The notes below the pieces were generated by a model. The model worked only from the letters and a program-made list of their open reading frames with translations, was not told where the DNA came from and ran no database searches. The position numbers and the translations under genes were made by a program. A stretch of DNA of 64,000 bases from Chrysomallon squamiferum (Eukaryota; Animalia; Mollusca): NCBI GenBank assembly GCA_012295275.1, contig CM022666.1:2728001-2792000 (forward strand), given 5' to 3'. Of the stretch, positions 37,774-64,000 are shown piece by piece (within the stretch, counting starts at the first letter, position 1; every line of letters begins with the position of its first letter).

Positions 37774-40700
37774 GTCTCTTAATAAGCCTTTATTTAAAAT
37801 ATATCAATACATATCTATTATTTATCTTGTCTAACATTTTTATTATAACTATTATTCTGGCTAATAATTATTAAAATATAACAATGGCTGCAAAATGGAT
37901 CATACATTAGTAATAATAATATAATAAAACTTCACTATAACAATACAACAAATCGACTTAAAACCCACAGCTCATAACTAAAACACAGAAAACATATTTA
38001 TACACTACTCATTTTAACAAACCATTACTTCAAACTTGTCTTTAGTTTCCACAAAAAACAAAAAAAAAGAAACATTTAGGATTTTCTCACAATATTAATT
38101 AAAATCGGACAGAAAATAAATTTAGTTGGAAATTCCCTGCCAAAAAATGTGTTTCCTAACATTTTCAAAAAATATTTTGTACAAAAATTTGTGAATTTAT
38201 TTCTTAGAAAATTCCAAGAAAAGTTATGACGTGAAAATCTTTTATGTATTTATTTTTTCTTTCTTATTTTCTTTCTCTTTTTTTTTTCTTTTTTTTTTAC
38301 AGAAAACCAATTCCATTAAAAATTGCTTAAAAAAAAAAAAAAAAAAAAAAAAATTCCAAAAGAAATCTAAGAGAATGGCAATGGGGAAAACTTCAAGAAA
38401 TTTTTAAATTACAAGATACTTAATCTTAGAAAAAGTGAGAAAATCCCAAGTGTTTCTGTAAGAAAGCCTTTAGTAACAAGGACAACATTTGGTTTTGTAA
38501 AAGCATTCAGGGTTCTCTTACAAAGTGGTCACAGGAGGATGGGTTTTATATGTCAACACACTAACTTCTAAAATTCTAAATCACACAGAAAATACAGGTC
38601 ATAGTTTGACATGCATAATAAAAAAAAAAAAAACAGTACTTGTTATAACTGTTACACTACAGTTCTGCGAAATCATGTGACAGCACTGAAATACCTGGAC
38701 AGGTGAAATAATTAAAGTGTTAGATGACAATAATGAAAACAATAACAATCATCATTGTTAACATCGAAATATTTTGTATCTTAGAAGCAAAAATGTAACA
38801 GATTTTAAAATTTGTCTGCTATTATTATTAATTTTTTTTTTTTCCCTTTTACTATGACTGCTAAATTCAAATCTAGTCTCCCTCTTGGTTTCATTTTTGT
38901 AATTTGAACATGTAAAAAGTGTACAGATTTATTTCTTTAATACTGAACACAGATATTTCTTTTCTTCTTCGTCTGTGCTCTTTTATGAATTTAACCCTCA
39001 AGTTAAATAAGTAATGTGTTGTTGGTTTTTTTTTCACTTTAATGTTTTTTCTTAACAATATTAGATTCTGTTTAAGATAAAAAAAAATTATATGAAATAA
39101 AAAAATTAAACCTGTCCAGTTTGTGATGCATTCACATGCTTTCTTCATCATGTCTGAGACACTAAAACATCAATACTATACATATCAGTAATATTTTACT
39201 TAACAATGGCAAATTAATTAACGGTTACCTTGGAAACAGGTTAGACCACATCTACCACCAAATTACAAAAATAAAAATAAAAATAAAAATTTCAAAAATA
39301 ATAAAACAATATTTCTTTTGAAATGAAGAGTTATTAAATTATTATTTTTTAATTTAATAATTTATTTTTTTTTTATTTTTTTTTTATATATTTTTTTTTT
39401 AGTAAAATAACAATGGAAACCATCATTTACTTGGTGTTGTAAAAAAAGAAGATTTAAAATTAAAAAAAAAAAATTAATTACAACACTGCATAAAACATAA
39501 AATCATCATCATCATCATTATTATTATCATTATCGCAATCATTATTTAAAAAAAACAAAAACAAAAAAAAACATTTCATTTATTAAATAAACAATAAAAA
39601 CATTAGGCCTTTTCTTGGCCAGTATCACTACATATGCAATATACAGAAATATACACAAGATATCTACTGTGTGAGATACAGGTAATAACTCACACACATA
39701 TGGCACATGGAAAACACTGTGTAAAAAAAAAAAAAAAAAAAAAAAAATCAGAAAAAAAACAAAACAAAGTCATCCAAAAATGTTGTGCACCACCAGAGAT
39801 TGCACCAGCATGATGCACCAAACTCATCCTCAGAACTGGCTGATGTGAACAAACAACACAAACCAGAACCGCTTGGTTTCAAATGATCCTGGTTTGAATG
39901 GCTTCAGATAAAAAAAACCCCAGAACTGCTTGGTTTCAAATGATCCAGGACCGAATGGCTTCAACAAAAAAAAAAAAAAAAAATCCTGGAACCATTTTCA
40001 TGTCGTACGAACAAGATCATCATCATCATCATCATCATTTTTTTTTCAGTTTCTTAAGCACCATAGGGGTCAGTTGGTTTTTGAACCAACCATTTCTGGA
40101 TGGTTTCTGGAATCATCCAGGATTGGATGGTTTCAAATGAATAACAAAATCATCATTTGATTTCTTAAGCACCAATTATTGGATGGTTTTTGAATAAAAC
40201 AGGATTATTATTGTTTTTTTTGTTGTTTTTTTTTGGGTTTTTTTTGGTTTTGAACAATACAGGATTTGACGGTTTCAAATAATCCAAGATTTTATTGGTT
40301 TCAGATAATCCAGGATGTTTTACGGTTTCAGATAATCCAGGTATTTTTTTACGGCTTCAGATAATCCAGCTGGTTGTGAATCAGCCCAAATCAGACGATT
40401 TTTAACAAATCCAGATTTCACTGATTTCTCACCAATCAGATCTGATTTAAAAAAATTAAGATCAGCAATGAAATGAGATCCAGTCATAAAAAAATCAGAA
40501 TATTTTATTTTAACTGTTTTTTAATTTTTTTTTCTTTGTAGGAAGCATTTCGTAGTCATGAATTCAAAACAGCTAATACTTGATGCACAATTGTCAAAGC
40601 CACAGCTATTTCTCGTTGGTGCTGTTAAAAACTGTTACACAACGCAGGATACCAAAAGACCGGTGCCAGAACAAGGCAGAGACGTAAACCATGAGCCAGC

Positions 40701-40873
40701 CATTCTGATGTTGAAACCAAGAAGAGAGACCGGTGGTGCCATGCATACCTTAATAATAATAATCCTAAATCTAATCCGTCTCGGAAACACAGCGCAGGCA
40801 AACTGGTCCATGAGATGCAGTCAGCCTGCAGTGTGTGACACTGAACATAATACAAATGTAAATACCAACAACA

Positions 40874-40912
<39 letters not shown>

Positions 40913-42009
40913 CGCAATCAATAGGAATTATTATTTGTTTTCATATATATATATATAATGTAATATAATATATATATGTACTATATATAATTAATAGTAA
41001 TAATAATAATAATAATTATAATCATAATAATAAATTCATAATAATAATAATAATAATAATCATAATTATTATAATAATAATAATAATAGTAGTAGTAGTA
41101 GTACTAGTATATATTTGCACTTAAGAATCATTTTTCTCAAATTTACTTTGTGAGCAGTACATTGAAGCAAGGGCACTTGTCATTGGACATATAGCAATCA
41201 CATGATCAACCATCTAAAACTGTTGTGGCCAATCAAATAAAATGTAACAAAATGTTCAGAGAAACCTCCATTGATTGGCCATTATAAAAAAGGCAGTGAC
41301 CATCTGTCGTTAGCATCTTGAAAAAGTGTCAGGCAAGGAAACCAAGCATTGCAGTTAAATTTGTTTTATTAAAAAAAAAATAAAAAAAAAATAAAAAAAA
41401 ATAATAATAAGAAGCAAATTTCAGATAGAACCCCATTTGTAATAAACAATTAGACAAAAATAGCAAGCTTTGCTTTTAAGCATTTAATATATATTTTTTT
41501 TAAATATTAAAAGTTCTCAGTTTAATTATAGCACTAACAAACAAACAAACAAACAAACCAAAAAGAAAAAAAAAAAAAAAAAAAAATCCCTAAAAATAAT
41601 TAATCTCATTTACATAATATAAAAATGAATACTGGATTTTTTTTTTTTTTTTTTAAATTTCAAAATTGAGACTATAACTCCCCAAAATATCTCTGGATGG
41701 ACTAGAACACATAAATTTGCTTTTATTATTTTTTTATAAATCTTAACATTTGAAAAAAAAAAATGCAAAAACCAACAACAAAATAATTTTAAAAAAACAA
41801 AAACAATTATCAACATAGTCTTTGAAAAATATAAAGAAACTTTGTCCTTGTTTAGAAAATTCTTTGGCTGAATCTTGATGCAGTTAAACATATACTGACA
41901 TATTAGTCACCAAGATCAGAACAGGATTTAATTATAAATTTAGTATTTTCGGGGGGATGGAGGCTCAGGGAACCAGTATGGTGCCCTCTAAAGTTCCCCT
42001 GACAGCGTC
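33520..42009 (-). other. Putative long MBNL 3'UTR (~8.5 kb) with candidate poly(A) signals at 39579-39584 and 33545-33550
   Basis: No further exons; minus strand U-rich with TGCT clusters; AATAAA followed by GU-rich sequence at both sites. Confidence 0.4.
39862..40420. repeat. Degenerate repeat array (ggtttcaratratccagga units)
   Basis: Many diverged copies ~25-45 bp apart, some inverted (tcctggaacc). Confidence 0.75.
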
Positions 42010-61629
<19,620 letters not shown>

Positions 61630-63014
61630 CTGGAACAGAGACATGTTTGTCAAGATAATGAAAAACAGTAAGTCCTGTTACGTCGATTTTACTGAGAAAA
61701 CAGAAAGTAAAAATTAATAATAACAATTGAAAAACATAATAATAAATAAATAATAAATAAATATATATATATATATATATACATATATAAAATAGTGAAA
61801 TACAGTCTCTCCGTTTACTGAAATAGGATGAACATGTGTAAAAAAATTGTCATCAGGTTTTATTTTCAGCTTTTTGGGTAAAATTAGTCATCAAAAAATT
61901 AGTAATGGTCTTTAGAATGTTTAAGCAAAATATGCATTTAGAATTAATTGACATCCATTAGCTAAGACCAAATTTATTCAAGCCATATTTAAAATGGCTA
62001 GACATTTTAGAGAAATTGTGCTGTTATTATGAAAATAAAATAAAAAATTATCTTTTTCTCTTCCTCACATCAACATTTTCTACACAAGTTCATGTTATAA
62101 TTACAGAAAAAAAATAAGAAAAAATAGATATATAATAATAAATTAATAAGAATTAAATAAATAAATTAATTCATATACAAATTTGGACAGACAAATAAAT
62201 TATAACTATTGTTTCTAAGTGTTACAAAAATTTAAGTATAAATTTTGTTTTCCAGCAAATCTTAACATGTATTTTGACTAATGAAACAACACAACCATTA
62301 AAACCAAACTAGATACAGTCATATAGATGCCATTAAGCAGGCAAAGCATAAATATGTTTAATATATTCATAATAACTGTTGTTAAGAAAATACCACACAT
62401 ATAAAATAGATATTAACTTTTATTTAGATTTCTTTTTTAAATATGGCTGATCTTGATTTTCATAGAAATTGAACAAAGGACATCCTGCATATAAAATAAA
62501 TAAATAAATAAATAAATAAAATAAAATATAATAAAATAATAACAGACATAAATTTTAAAATATATACATGAATAATAATAATAATAACAATAATAGTAAT
62601 AATAAAAATAATAACAATAAAATATATAATAAAAATCTTCATAATTAAAATAAAAGTAGACAAATAAATTATAATTATATAAATTAAAAAGAAAATAAAG
62701 TAAAAAAATAAAAATAACAAAAATATAAATAAATAAATAAATAAGTAAAATAATAAAAAAACACAAACAAATGAATCAACAATAATTATAAACAATGTAT
62801 CTACATGCTTCAGAATTTAAATTTTTCGTATTTTTTCTTTTTCTTTTTGGCCAAGTCCTGTTGAGATGCAAACTAAGATAGACAAAACCAAACTACGAAG
62901 GAAATTTTAGCAATGTGTGGTACATGCCAAACAACAAGCTTGCAGTAATAGACAAACACTGATAGCAACTAACTGCAAAAATTCATAGCTTCAGCCAGTC
63001 AAAGATTTAATACT

Positions 63015-63290
<276 letters not shown>

Positions 63291-63552
63291 CCTGTATTTT
63301 AGAATTTAATCATTATTAAACTAAACTAATTACTGATGTAATTATAATTATATATTCTAAGATTTTACCCATTTACTGCAAACAGACTTGAAAACTGTTC
63401 GTAAATCTATTTTTAAATCTATTTGCAGCAATAAATCCCCCCATAAAAAACCTTAATAAAAATAATAATAAAATATATAAAATAAAATAAAATAAAATAA
63501 AATAAAATAAAATAAAATAAATAAATAAATAAATATGCCCCATCACTCCTTC

Positions 63553-63606
<54 letters not shown>

Positions 63607-64000
63607 TTATATCAAACAGGGATATCGTACCATAAACGGTAAAAATATACTAATAGTAAGTAATATACTCATCATTTGCATAAATAATGCACACATGCTG
63701 GCTGAAACTGTAGTGTATGAAAGTGAGCACTAACCACAATGGGATACTGTCCAGATGGCAGTCCTGCAGGGTAGGCCATGAGTTTGTTTCCAGCCTTATT
63801 TAGTAAAAACAAAAAAGAAAGAAAAAAAAAAAAAATACATGCAGACAATTTAGTAGATAATTGTGCAGTGTTAACATATCCATTCAGCTAGGTATGTGAC
63901 AATAAAAATTTCTTAAAAAATAAGAAGAGAAAAAAAAAAAAAAGAATATGTTATGTGGTAGTGGAAGGGAGGTAATTTAGTAACATATCCATTCAGCTAG

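Noticed and set aside
40558-40921. Overlapping ORFs of 107 and 98 aa
   Set aside because: No domain and no in-phase splice link to MBNL; better explained as a UTR island.
63871-64000. 20-bp direct repeat taacatatccattcagctag as a target-site duplication
   Set aside because: Cut by the window edge, and the enclosed sequence shows no element features.

Overview
AT-rich, microsatellite-dense animal genomic DNA. It is probably a lophotrochozoan or mollusc; this is inferred from protein style and repeats, not provable here. There are three genes. (1) The 5' coding exon of an unidentified minus-strand gene (967-1310) lies head-to-head with IFT80. (2) IFT80 is complete on the + strand (18 coding exons, 2136-24367, ~779 aa). 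Its first coding intron is a U12-type AT-AC intron, it has an apparent +1 frameshift at one junction, and it carries a decayed copy of one of its exons. (3) The 3' two-thirds of a muscleblind/MBNL gene lies on the - strand (61629 down to ~42010, plus a probably very long 3'UTR), converging on IFT80. The main signal is the MBNL splicing circuit, largely missed by the ORF track. It has an NLS cassette exon behind a distant branch point, an AG-free zone and a YGCY cluster. A 113-nt frame-switch exon decides whether a dual-coding 85-nt exon gives a short ...GHPPSVPRF* tail or a third tandem CCCH zinc-finger pair. There are also candidate microexons and poison exons. Most ORF-track entries are low-complexity artefacts. 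No rRNA, tRNA, CRISPR or autonomous transposon was recognised.
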